A stretch of 47,270 nucleotides of DNA, the filler included, from Catajapyx aquilonaris (Eukaryota): assembly GCA_000934665.2 (NCBI GenBank). It is 2 parts of 2 records of this genome, joined end to end, with 100 filler letters (N's around TTAATTAATTAA, not from the genome) between each part and the next. Parts side by side here need not be neighbours in the genome. Positions count along the whole stretch, not along the records: positions 1 to 23,583 come from JYFJ02005654.1; 1 more part is not named here. One strand, 5' to 3'. Positions 12,787 through 23,134 of the stretch are shown here, one piece after another. A model generated the notes under the pieces. The model searched no databases, was not told the DNA's origin, and saw only the letters and a program-made list of their open reading frames with translations. Positions within the stretch are counted from its first letter, which is position 1. Each line of letters begins with the position of its first letter. A program made the position numbers and the translations under genes.

Positions 12787-12787
12787 G

Positions 12788-12818
<31 letters not shown>

Positions 12819-12821
12819 GAG
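12787..12821. repeat. (GA)n microsatellite
   Basis: Direct reading. Confidence 0.9.
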
Positions 12822-15393
12822 AAGCTGACCTTGCAAATGAGGCCCTGCAGCCCCAAAATGCTCTGCTATTTATTAACAAACAGGAGCATACGACAACAGT
12901 AGGTCCAAGTAAAATAATATTGTTATTTATAACAGAAGATAATCTGTGATGAATGTTATGATATGTTATGATAAGTAATCTGTGTACCATTAGAAAAAGG
13001 AACTGGCAATGATATAAGCAGTAGATCAACCATGAAGCAATATAAAGTGTGATGCAGTCAACCAACCATAGAGGAATGCCCATGTAAATTATAATGTAAT
13101 CTACAGTACTTCACCACAAATGATAAATGAAAGCCCAGTTTCAAAAAATGTCAAAAAGCGACGCTAAAACTGCAGATGGACAAAAAAAAAACGATATTAA
13201 TTATTAGTAGGGAATTTTAATGCAAGAATCTGATAGAGGTCACTCACTAACCGGGCGCCTTTAATGGCTCACTCATTCAACCACCATTAAGAACCATTAA
13301 GAAATGAATTAAGTAATTTTTCCAGCATTAATTTAGGGCCATTTGTACAACCACACATTAAGGAGGCAATCTCCAGTTATGTCGGATTCCTGTCGGAGCT
13401 GCTGTTAGACCGAGTTACAGATGTAACGAAACCTTACATGAGTCATTTCAGGCCTATCAAATGCAGATGAGGGGCTCTTATTAATCTTTTCATCATGGCT
13501 TCAACAGTTTATGATCATTTGCAGGCACGATATTTGGGGGTTGAAATTGCGGAACCTTGAAATCAAAATGGGTAAAGGCCCAGGTAAAAAAGTCATAACA
13601 CAGTACTACGAGACCATCATTACCACTTATTAGCATCACATGGTGAAGTACCAAACTGTAGCTTCGTGTTCAAGTGAAGCCATTTCCCTTGGGATAGTGG
13701 TGCGGTCCTGTCTGCCACCAATGTCCAATGTACCCAAACAGCGACAACCTGATACAAGTTCAACCCATGTACTGTACAGCACACCCATTCAATACATAAA
13801 ATTATGCGCATGTATGTACAGAAATTTTGGTCCAAATCGAAGATTTACTTCATGTACACAATACGTTTCAGCTGGAAAAGTCCTGCTTCCATATGGAGTC
13901 CTGTAGCGAAATGTCAATAACCTGTATAAAACACATCTACACTGTAAAAATGACTGCAATATGTACGTTTTATATATAACTGAGCACTACAAGCTGTTGT
14001 GTGTGAAACACATGTGAAGTTCTGCTCTCTCTTGTGGGTATTAAGAGCGTTAAAAACTATGTATAGGCCCTTATATGTATCAATAAAATACCACCTGTCT
14101 TGTACGCACTCTTGTACCCTTATGAGATTTGTACATATTTTAAGAGAAAATAATCCAAGAAGCATATTGTAGTGTCCACTAATAAATGTGTAACAACTAG
14201 TACAATAAGGAATGGGCACACCATATAGATGCAGCAGTCAGCTCTGAACATACAACCAACACGAGTACCGATACTAAGGTAGTCCTCCGCCAATTTCATC
14301 CCCTCTATGAGCTGCACAACATGTTGAAAAAGGACGCCTTTTGAACCTACTGCTCTCATATAAACCAACATATAATTACCATGTACATTGTACAGAAATT
14401 ATTTGAAAAAAAAAGTGGAAAAAAAGAATCGAAGCCTTTTTCCTGAAGCAGTCAAGTGAGGTCAATACTTGGCCCTTTGGGTGGAACTTGGTAGACACAA
14501 GAAGACTACGCTGAGCCCCTGGGCTTCCCCTGGCCATCTGGGACACCCAACCAACAATGTTCCTCAACAGATTCCTCCAGTTCTTCCAGCGAAACGACGA
14601 ATGTTCCAAAATGTCTGAAGGTCAAGTCCTGTGAAGCTGCCAATGTTGCCAATGTACACGCAAATTGGTGGTTGCAATTTGCAGAGGTAAACCACGGTGC
14701 GGTGCACATTAATGCATACAATACACTTATTGTTAATATATGACACAATTGAGATATAGTGGCGGATTGAACGGCCTGTAATTAATTAATTTCGTAATTA
14801 ATGTATGAAAATTTGGCAACACAGAAAATCGCCGATGTATTATGAGCCAAGCTACACCATTGGTTTCGGCTGTTGTTGTTTTTCATTGGCTGAGCGGCCA
14901 ACTGTGACGTCATCCCGTCGCCAACGAGGATACCACATGGACATATCAGTATGAACTACACATGCTCACTATTGGTTAACTCACATTCGGTGTTAAATTT
15001 GGACCAATCAAACATCAGATGTGCTCTGTACCACGCGCAGTGTTACACCATAGTGTTTACATGTGACAGTCCTAGCCTACTGCCCGTATTTGATTGGTCC
15101 ACTATTGGATGCGACCAGCTCTTATTGGCTGGATTGCAGCGCATGCCCAGTGAGAGCCGTGACTTGCATGTAGGCAGTTTGATCGCATTGCAACATTTTT
15201 TTCAGTCATACTTGTCGCACTGACACCCCGGCACACCCACACAAAAAAAAATTGGCAGTAGTACAGAAACACAAATGTGTAACTTTCCACACACGAGGTA
15301 ACTACAAGTCTACGGCTCCCGGTAAAATACACGGTACAACCGACAAGTAGGAACCGTCGAGGATTAGGACAGAAACAGCGTCCTACCAACGAA

Positions 15394-15421
15394 ATTATTA
15401 TTATTAACTTATTATTATTAT

Positions 15422-15467
<46 letters not shown>
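15394..15467. repeat. (TAT)n microsatellite, possibly the tail of a short retroposon
   Basis: Direct reading; preceded by a small hairpin TAGGAC...GTCCTA. Confidence 0.9.
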
Positions 15468-15532
15468 GTACGTATTGCAGGAAGTTGCTAAAGTCGAGGT
15501 CGACCAGGTTTTTACTACAGGTGTTCTTTTAC

Positions 15533-15689
15533 CTTAAGCTTCACGCACAGCTTTTCCTCATTTTGTTTTGGTTGGTTTTTTGGTTTGTTGTCCTCCAGCT
15601 GTCGCTTTCGGATCGCAGCCATTAGCTCCTTAATCTTCTCCTCCCGGCTGCTTGTGGTCTTTTCTGCCTCCTCATTCTCATAGCTTGCT
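15533..15689 (-). other. Candidate exon or coding relic of unknown origin
   Basis: Acceptor TTCTGTACACAG, then a charged reading frame YENEEAEKTTSSREEKIKELMAAIRKRQLEDNKPKNQPKQNEEKLCVKLK, possible donor AAG|GTAAAA. No partner exon identified. Confidence 0.35.
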
Positions 15690-16576
15690 GTGTACAGAAA
15701 GAAATAGTCATGATTATGCGAAGTCATTCTGCTAAGAAGAGGGAATTAATACGAACACCACCAACATACCCTGGATAATAAGCAGGGAGAAATTTAAATA
15801 CATTTAAAAAGTAATGCATTGGCAGTAACTTGCACTCTTCGGGTAGTTCCCAGACAAGAAGTAGATCCTACACTAATACATTATTGATATAATATGCTGT
15901 ATACTGCAAGAGCGTGTGATAAAGTGTATTAATTTTTACTTAGAGTGTTACACACACATAATTCTCTACCAATGACAGGTGTGGACAAAGAAAATAGGTA
16001 AAGACTAGTATTAATTTATTATCGGGATCAAGGGGTAGTAGTTTGCACACACTTTTGCACCCTCTGTAAGAAATAAATTGAATTAAAGTGATGGTTGAAC
16101 ACAAAAATACTTATGTGATAATTTTAACATTATAACTAGGAAAATCCTCGCTCCGCTCGCCTTTTCCTAGGGCGCAGGCCTAGAAAACCACTCGTTTCGC
16201 TCGCTGTTTTCTAGGCCTGCGGCCTGCGGTGTAGGCCATGTTCTTAATGATGCTCACCCAACAATTATTATCCTCATCATAATCCCCTCCCCCCTCTCTT
16301 CCCCCTCCTTATATTAAACCTTTGACGGCTAATACATCATAATATTACGATGTCCTGATGGTTATTTGTGAATTTAGCCCTCGAGGATGTGCATAGAGAA
16401 GGCGAACTTTTCAGTGCCAAACCCGGTTCAATATGCTCCTGCCATCTCTTGGATTGTGACTCAACTACCATGGCAACTCCAGATTCCCCTCCCCCCTGTT
16501 CCCGCCAATTTGAGTCGTATATGCCAAGGTCACGTTGCTCCCACGTGATCGTTTATGTAAACATGTTCCCTCAGTA

Positions 16577-17103
16577 CAGGGTACCCCGTAAAGTATGAAC
16601 TCTTGGGATTTTTTTTTAAAGTTACCCCGTGATAAGGCGGAGCCTTTTTAGGGAGGTGGAATACCACCATTTCCCTCCATTTTTCTAGATTTTAACTTCA
16701 ATATCCGGTGCAAGGAGTCAAGGATGTAGGGTAGGGGTGCGGATTTTTTGGGGAGGGAACATAGGTGCAAGTGCAAAATCTGTAAATGGGTCATGTGCTG
16801 TTCCCCAGGAGGTTAGGTTGCCAGACACTTAATTGGTGCAGGTGAGAGACCCTCCTGACACAGGTGAAAGGAAAGTTCCCCAGGTGGGGATCGAACCTGG
16901 GGCCTTTCACTCAGCAAGCCGAGACGTTATCATCTCGGCCATCAACACCTCCCCGACCCTTTGGAGTTTATCATAGTACAGTGTTGTGGTAATATTATGC
17001 AACCATAAGAACAATGTACCATAGTCACTGAGTAACCTTGTGAGGCCTATCGACTTTCTGAGAGCCGCACGATTCGGAAAAGTTTATTATGCGGGACACC
17101 CTG
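16577..17103. mobile_element. Tc1/mariner-type MITE nested in the Helitron
   Basis: TA|CAGGGTACCCCGTAAAGTATGAACT on the left; AGTTTATTATGCGGGACACCCTG|TA on the right (imperfect TIR, TA TSD). Confidence 0.7.
16690..16949 (-). mobile_element. tRNA-derived SINE nested in the MITE
   Basis: Minus-strand head (16949-16876) GGTGTTGATGGCCGAGATGATAACG...CCAGGTTCGATCCCCACCTGGGGAA with Pol III A-box-like TGGCCGAGATG and B-box GGTTCGATCCC. The acceptor stem does not pair and a unique body follows. 3' end approximate. Confidence 0.7.
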
Positions 17104-17411
17104 TATATGAATTTTTCTCCGGCATTTTACAATCAAAAGGACCACCACGAATTTAAATGATTTATTTTGGCGCAGAGTTGTTATCCATTAATATCACTCC
17201 AACATCGAATTTTGAACAAAATGAAGGAAAGAGACGGCCCAAAAACCTGTCAAAAACTTGTGAAAGGGTTAAGGGTGCGCAATTTGAAAATACAGTTCCC
17301 ATCTGTGGTTCCAATGATGGGTGCGATTCAAGGTGGCGAACCGAGCTTACCCAGTGTTTATACAACAATACAGCTGGGCGACCCTATACAGTCTGTATAC
17401 ACATATAGGTA

Positions 17412-17806
17412 CACTGTACTCCCGATTATTATCCAAGCTAATGACTGCACGGGTGTTGCCAGATAATTGGGAAATACAGACAATCGGAAAATGGTCATGG
17501 GAAGGGAGCTATTCACAGGTTGTTGATGTACTATACTATACAAAGGGCATGCTGCTTGCTTGGTTAATCCAAAAAATAAAGCTTACCATAGATTTTTACT
17601 TTGCCTTCTAGAGAAAGGTATGGTATATATTTTTTCGTTGGTGAGACATTGATATTGATATTGGGTTGAATTTCCGTACCACTGTTGAGTTATCAGTATG
17701 CACTATCTAGCAGTGGGAAAAAAATTCGAGACATTTTTTCGGACGTAAATGTTTACATTATGGCGATGCACGTATTATCCGCACCCTGATAATCGGGAGT
17801 ACAGTG
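17412..17806. mobile_element. TA-flanked MITE (Tc1/mariner/pogo-type) nested in the Helitron
   Basis: Perfect 18-bp TIR CACTGTACTCCCGATTAT / ATAATCGGGAGTACAGTG with TA on both sides. Confidence 0.8.
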
Positions 17807-18685
17807 TAATAATATTGGAATCTATTGTTGGTGGTTGCCAGTTGTTGTGCCAACTCAATGACCTTCACTGACTGTATAAATAAATAACCTGCCAGTTGGC
17901 AGTCTGGAAATCCAACAATATACGATAGTACGTTCCAGGCTAATAATTCGAACGCGTGATATTTGCAACCGGCTTCTTACGTTCGATTCTACGCATTCGA
18001 CGGTAGTCAGTTTCCGACACTATGCACCGAAAGAAGTGCCCCGAAGACAGTGTACTGTACTTCCCATCTGTGAAAGCACCGCTCATGGGTAGGCCTATTA
18101 CGCACGCAGTTCCTAAGCAGCCCGATCAGCAATGGTAAATTTCGAATTTCGAACTTACATTATTCTGCACCCGTCTCCACCAGTGCCTACGGCCATTTTT
18201 CAATAACCACCAGTGACCCGCGGCGAAGGGGCACGTGGAAGGGGGGACAGGTATGGTAGGTGGGGAAGGGAAAAAGGTCCGGCGTGACGATGACGGCGCG
18301 GCGGCGGGAGAGACGAAAAAAAGCGACCTTCTCCCAAGGAGGTCAGCCGGCAACTGGACGGATTCCACCCCCACTGCGCATGCTCGGAACGGGGGCCAAT
18401 CGGAGGTGTCGTGGTAACAATGCGCCATGGATACGACGCAGCAACAATGGACGGGGGCCAATGGGAAGAGGTGGCGGCAACAATACGGGGGCGGACCAAT
18501 CAGAGGGCTTATACAACGCAAGCATTTTAATATTATAGATTATAATTAAACGGTTAAGCCACTCTGAATATTCAGTATTCTCTGACTTGTGACCCTCTTA
18601 ACGCTTTCTATCAAAATTTCAAATTTACATCATGTGGTCACTCTTTGCAAGCAAGGACCTCCTGATTTATGACCCTTGGATATAC

Positions 18686-18883
18686 TGTAAACAAGTCGCT
18701 CGCCGGCCGTAACATGAGACGGAAGACATCATGTATACAAAATATTCTACATGGGTTAAACTTGAGATGTCCCCTTTACTGTTTATATAAATCATGCAAC
18801 TCACTCATTCATTCTGCTTGTGGTTCTGCTGACCCAATGGCACAATCAAGCGTACTAACGCAACATGCAGTGCAGTATGCACA
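18686..18883 (-). repeat. Candidate 3' LTR (198 bp)
   Basis: Minus strand: polypurine-like TAAGGGGGTGCAG directly followed by TGTGCA... ending ...TTTACA; contains TTTATATAAA and AGTAAA. No second copy in the window to confirm. Confidence 0.45.
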
Positions 18884-19236
18884 CTGCACCCCCTTAATTA
18901 TTTTAATTAATTAAACGATACTACATATTGTTCATAAACCGGTATTTGACTACTTTAGCATCCACAAATGCTTCCTTTCTCATTAACGTAATTTCCTCTC
19001 TTTTTCCTTTTTTTTGTTGCTAATCTCATTTATTATCAAGCACACATGAATGAATTCACACACCCACACAATACACAAATGGAACTGACATTCACAAAAC
19101 ACATCCACAAAACACACTTATGGAACTCGCATTCACACAACAGACAACACACACATACAGAACTACAGAACATGAGGAGGGCAACGCGCCAACGCCTCAC
19201 AACAAACTATCATCATGGACCTCGACTCAGCTCCTC

Positions 19237-19865
19237 CTACTTCCGCTTAGTTGGAAAAGTTCCGTCCCACGGAATATCAGCGCAGATGGCTGGTCCTTCA
19301 CGCTTTGGGGTCACATATATTGTGGCCCCCTGTTTGGGCATCCACAATGCTGCAGGCGTCTCGGTGCTCTTCAGCACTTTCTTGTACCGAAAGTTAAGCC
19401 GTTGCCAGTCCCGCTCCTGCGATATCACTGGTGCTGGCAATGGCACTGGTACTGGCGATGGCACTGGTACTTGCGGTGGCGCTGGTACTTGCCTCTGTGT
19501 ATACTTCTCTTCTCTCCGAGGGTACTGCTCCTTGGAATAGTGTTCCTTATCTCTCTCTCTTTCTCTCTCTGGGAAGGTGCAACAGGTAGGGATGGATTAT
19601 GCGGCGGTTTGATATCTGGACTTCTCATGGATAACAGGTCTGGAATGGTTTCTGTGGCAGGTGTAATAGAGTATTGGCTTGTCACTTGTTCAGGTAACAT
19701 AGGTATTAGGTCGTCCATGGTTTCCACTAAGAACTCATCTGGATGCGAGTCCTCGAACAACTGCACCTGTGGTTCTGGCGGTATATAGTGTTCGCTACTC
19801 CATTCCAACAACTCGGACAACTCTTCTTCCGCACTAATATCTTGCTTCTTCTCCATGGTGGTCAT
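19237..19865 (-). pseudogene. Accessory ORF downstream of env (acidic N-terminus, Pro-Val-rich linker, basic/aromatic C-terminus), one apparent frameshift
   Basis: MTTMEKKQDISAEEELSELLEWSSEHYIPPEPQVQLFEDSHPDEFLVETMDDLIPML... shifts frame near 19500-19560 into VPAPPQVPVPSPVPVPLPAPVISQERDWQRLNFRYKKVLKSTETPAALWMPKQGATIYVTPKREGPAICADIPWDGTFPTKRK. Confidence 0.6.
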
Positions 19866-19870
19866 CTGCG

Positions 19871-19904
19871 ACTGGTCGGTAACACTCACTACAGCGGTTA
19901 TATA
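19871..19904 (-). promoter_or_regulatory. Putative internal Pol II promoter (TATA plus CAGT initiator) for the accessory ORF
   Basis: TATATAA at 19904-19898, CAGT at 19874-19871 (A is 31 nt from the first T of TATA), ATG at 19865. Confidence 0.5.
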
Positions 19905-20709
19905 GCACACTGTGGGTCATTTTTGCATTGATTCCACAAGCGAGATACAGCTGACATTAAGATAAACATTCACAAAACTTATTACCTCTACGGTCAATGG
20001 ATATACACAGTGAAAAGTCGGCTACAGCTGCAGACTTAATCTATAATACTATGACTCACTCTAGGCATATTGAGGGATTTGGAGACTTGGAGGGATTTGG
20101 AGAAGAAAATGAATTTAATCGTAACTTATGATCATTGGTACTTTTGTCAACTCTTTTACACGTGTAAACATAAAGCACCTTACTGTTCTTCCCATCAACG
20201 TGTTATTATACTCGTCAACAAACTTTACGATCATTAATTGTGTGACTATACGTTTGGTTATAACTTGAAATAAATGACTTGTTTATATACTATTCTCTTA
20301 CTATTTAAATAGGTTTCATATCAACTACATTTGTGCCTATACTTAATGAGTGAACTATTTAATCATTACTGAAACTCCATTAGTCTTCAAGGTCTCCTTC
20401 TTATTCTTACATTATTTTATTTATGACTTGTGTAGGTTCCTTAGCTTCTAATTGTTTTACATGATCAAATGGCGTTAAAGTTAAATCTGCGTCTACTATA
20501 TGTACGTTACTAGTGCTTGGTTTGCCCATATCCACATAATCATCACAGTTGTTGTCATTCTGGCTATACTGGATTGAAATTTATATGAGTTATCAAATGA
20601 AGATTCGGCTGGTAGTGGTGTTATGCCCCCAACATCGTATTTATGGTTACTCCGCGGTAACTTCAATTTCGGAACTTTCGGAAGTGCATTGTTCCTTTGG
20701 CTGAGGTTA

Positions 20710-21840
20710 CACAAATCGAAACCACATGTGCCACATGAAATCATTGTTTCCCTTAACGCTCTGAAATGTTTCTGGAATCTCATGCAAGGAATCTAACTCA
20801 CTTTGCAATGACTGCATAGCTATTGGCATGTCCATATTTTTTGTGAATTTACTGGACATCTTTGTCATGAACGACTGGTTTTGAGATAATGCAATAATCC
20901 ATTTACTTTCCTCTTTCGATGCTTAAAATTCGGGGAACTACAATTGACTGTATTAACGGGTATTTTGCTCGTGTTAGGCCTTGGTATCCTGATACTATTC
21001 TCATACTGTTGGTAAGTCCTGTACATCCTGGTTTGATATTTATTTTTCCTATTCCAGTTAGCGTTTCAATTGTACTGCTTTCTGCATTCAAGCATGTGAC
21101 AGTAATATCCACTGGATGTGGTAGATTATATGCCCATAAACCTATGTCATTAAGTGCCACAAAGGTGGGTTGTGGGTGCAATTCAACTGTCTTGATACAC
21201 AAGTCTTGGCGATAGTTATACCCGGTCAATAAAGCAAAACTACAGGTAGTATCAGGTTTGGATCTTATAGGCAGCTTGGGATTACAAATGTGATGGTAAT
21301 TATTTAAGCAAGGCAGAACTTCATCCAATGACATTTCAAAGAAATTTTGTAAATTACGAGAAACAGCTAAATATTCTTTATCCAACTTGACCTTGATCGA
21401 AATGTTCCCTATGGGTTGCGCACCTCATTGGTACATTTTAAATAGGTTTCAAATGTATCATCGTCCCCTTGTAATGGAACGGAAATGAATAACCGCAAAT
21501 TGCCTTTCCATGAAATTATTTCAACCTTGCTCTGATGGTACATTTCTCGAATGTGTTTTACGTCTATAGGTGTGACGAATGAAACGCCCCTTGGTAATTG
21601 AGCAGCTATCGCCTGCAATGCCTCAATAAACTTCTCAGGAGACAAAAGTGATGGATGTAACATGCTTAAATTGGCCTGGTGAATGGCTGGAAATAACTGA
21701 CTCAATACATGTCTCACTTGACTCAAAGCTGCTTGTAACAGACGTGTGTTTCTCGTTACTATCTCGTCCCTCCATATGAATTTTAATATGAAATTCCATT
21801 TTTCATTCATCACTTCCAAATACTTTAGCAATTCCTGCAA
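20710..21840 (-). pseudogene. env: Envelope glycoprotein, baculovirus F / errantivirus Env-like, frameshifted and N-terminally truncated
   Basis: LHPSLLSPEKFIEALQAIAAQLP..., LRLFISVPL...FETY, KEYLAVS, a Cys-rich region (C..HHICNPKLPI...TCSFALL...LCIK...LWAY...ITVTC...LTGIGKINIKPGCTG), then a heptad-like AMQSLQSELDSLHE in a shifted frame. This motif order is characteristic of F-type fusion proteins. Furin site, fusion peptide and TM anchor are not seen. Confidence 0.8.
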
Positions 21841-21844
21841 CTGT

Positions 21845-22112
21845 CCTGCTCTTCATTAATATGCGCTGAGATTATTCTGGAAATAACTTGATTAAGACGT
21901 TCTAATGTCCCATTTGCTTTTGGATTATTTGGTGTAGTAAATATTCCCTTTACGTCGAATAACCTGCATATTTCACGCATCAATTTGGATGTAAAATTAG
22001 ACCCTCTATCTGATAATAACTTCAATGGAATGCCATATCTGCAAAATATGTTCTCTACTAGCACTCTAGCAACTGTTTCCGTTGTTTGATCTGGAATGGC
22101 GGGCCATGTCAC
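21845..22112 (-). pseudogene. Ty3/Gypsy integrase catalytic-core fragment
   Basis: AIPDQTTETVARVLVENIFCRYGIPLKLLSDRGSNFTSKLMREICRLFDVKGIFTTPNNPKANGTLERLNQ carries the second D (SDRGSNF) and the E (NGTLER) of the rve DDE triad. Confidence 0.95.
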
Positions 22113-22277
22113 CGACGACTGTTGGCTACGAAATAAAGTCTATACTCATTTAACCTGAAGTGTTTAATTGATCTAAAAATCACAATCCGTCATATACCCA
22201 AAAATCATTATACCCTAAAATGAAAGGTTGTATGCTATGCCGCGCAAATAGTCTGACACCCGGACAACAACAGCTTA

Positions 22278-22520
22278 CCGGGGAAGCCGTAAGTGAGGAC
22301 CCCGTCTCTGCAGTGACTGGATGGTTTTCATATCGGAATTATGTGGGTAAATTTGTCGATCAAATGACTGTCGGTGAAACGCCCTGTCGAGGAACATCCT
22401 TGTCGGTGAAATGGCTTGTCGGTGAAATGGCTTGTCGGTGAAATGGCTTGTCGGTGGAATGAGTATGTCGGTGAAATGGCCTGTCGGCCGGGTGGGTGTC
22501 AGTGAAATGACCTGCTCCGG
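22278..22520. mobile_element. Small element with a 16-bp tandem array (TGTCGGTGAAATGGCT, about 10 degenerate copies)
   Basis: Exact units at 22401, 22417 and 22433, with degenerate units from about 22355 to 22512; termini TA|CCGG...CCGG|TA. Confidence 0.65.
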
Positions 22521-22723
22521 TACAGTGTAGGTACAAAAATTCCCAATGGTATCAACCCAATCACAACTTCCGACATCCAACTAAATCAAAGTCGACAGGT
22601 TCTGCTTAGACATAAGCAGGATATAACGCGAGCTCCAAGTTTTAAAAATATCGAGCTACGCGTCAGTTACAAATCCAAAGGAATGAAAGTTTTATAATTA
22701 ATGCCATAAATTGCAATACTCAC

Positions 22724-23045
22724 ATAGAATTTATCCCTGCGGCGCTGAAGTTGTGCCATGCACCAATGCTCTCAGACAGGTCCTCCAGAGTGGATCGTAC
22801 AGAGGTCGCATTCAACTGATTACACCACAGGTACATAAGGCGTATTTTTTCCGCTGTTTCCTTTAAGTGACTGGTGATGATCTCTTGTCCCATCTCTTCT
22901 ATTTGATCTTCAGTCCTTCTCGCTCGGCCCTGTGAGCCCCGGTGAGCCCTCTCTATGGCCTGTTCCCGCTCCACTACTGAGCGGCTGAGAATTCCATGCA
23001 GCTGGTCTACACAAGACCGAAATTCATCGAGTCTGCCCTGGATCA
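22724..23045 (-). CDS. Isolated internal coding exon (about 107 codons, helical/coiled-coil-like), gene unidentified
   Basis: TTTTTTCTGTCATTCAATGCATCAG acceptor; open frame VIQGRLDEFRSCVDQLHGILSRSVVEREQAIERAHRG...LSESIGAWHNFSAAGINS; strong donor AT|GTGAGT; GC content above the flanks. Confidence 0.65.
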
Positions 23046-23134
23046 CTGATGCATTGAATGACAGAAAAAAATGTATTACGTATTTTGCTGTGTGCAGGAA
23101 ATGAGCTAGTCCAAAAAAAATGCTGATATCAACT

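Larger units (their letters stand above)
16136..18539 (-). mobile_element. Non-autonomous Helitron (2404 bp including nested insertions)
   Basis: On the minus strand the 5' end is A|TCTATAATATTAAAATG (18539) and the 3' end is GCGAGCGGAGCGAGGATTTTCCTAG|T (16136) with hairpins. This matches the A|TC...CTAG|T rule; no TSD. Confidence 0.75.
18686..22112 (-). mobile_element. Internally deleted Ty3/Gypsy (errantivirus-like) LTR retroelement: integrase fragment, F-type env, accessory ORF, PPT and candidate 3' LTR
   Basis: Collinear minus-strand order integrase, env, extra ORF, purine tract, TG...CA segment. gag, RT and 5' LTR are absent. Confidence 0.8.

Noticed and set aside
16876..16949. Functional tRNA gene
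   Set aside because: A and B boxes are present but the acceptor stem does not pair and it sits inside a MITE; better explained as a SINE head.
18126..18538. Cluster of five overlapping ORFs
   Set aside because: GC-rich Helitron 5' region; stop-poor by composition and without domain motifs.
19046..19788. Plus-strand ORFs of 164 and 222 aa (WHW/GTG repeats)
   Set aside because: Antisense shadows of the Pro-Val-rich minus-strand accessory ORF; low-complexity translation.
22111..22140. Hammerhead-like CCGACGA...CGAAA
   Set aside because: Core deviates from CTGANGA and no supporting stems could be formed.
22355..22512. CRISPR-like appearance of the 16-bp array
   Set aside because: Units are directly adjacent with no unique spacers, there are no cas genes, and the context is eukaryotic.
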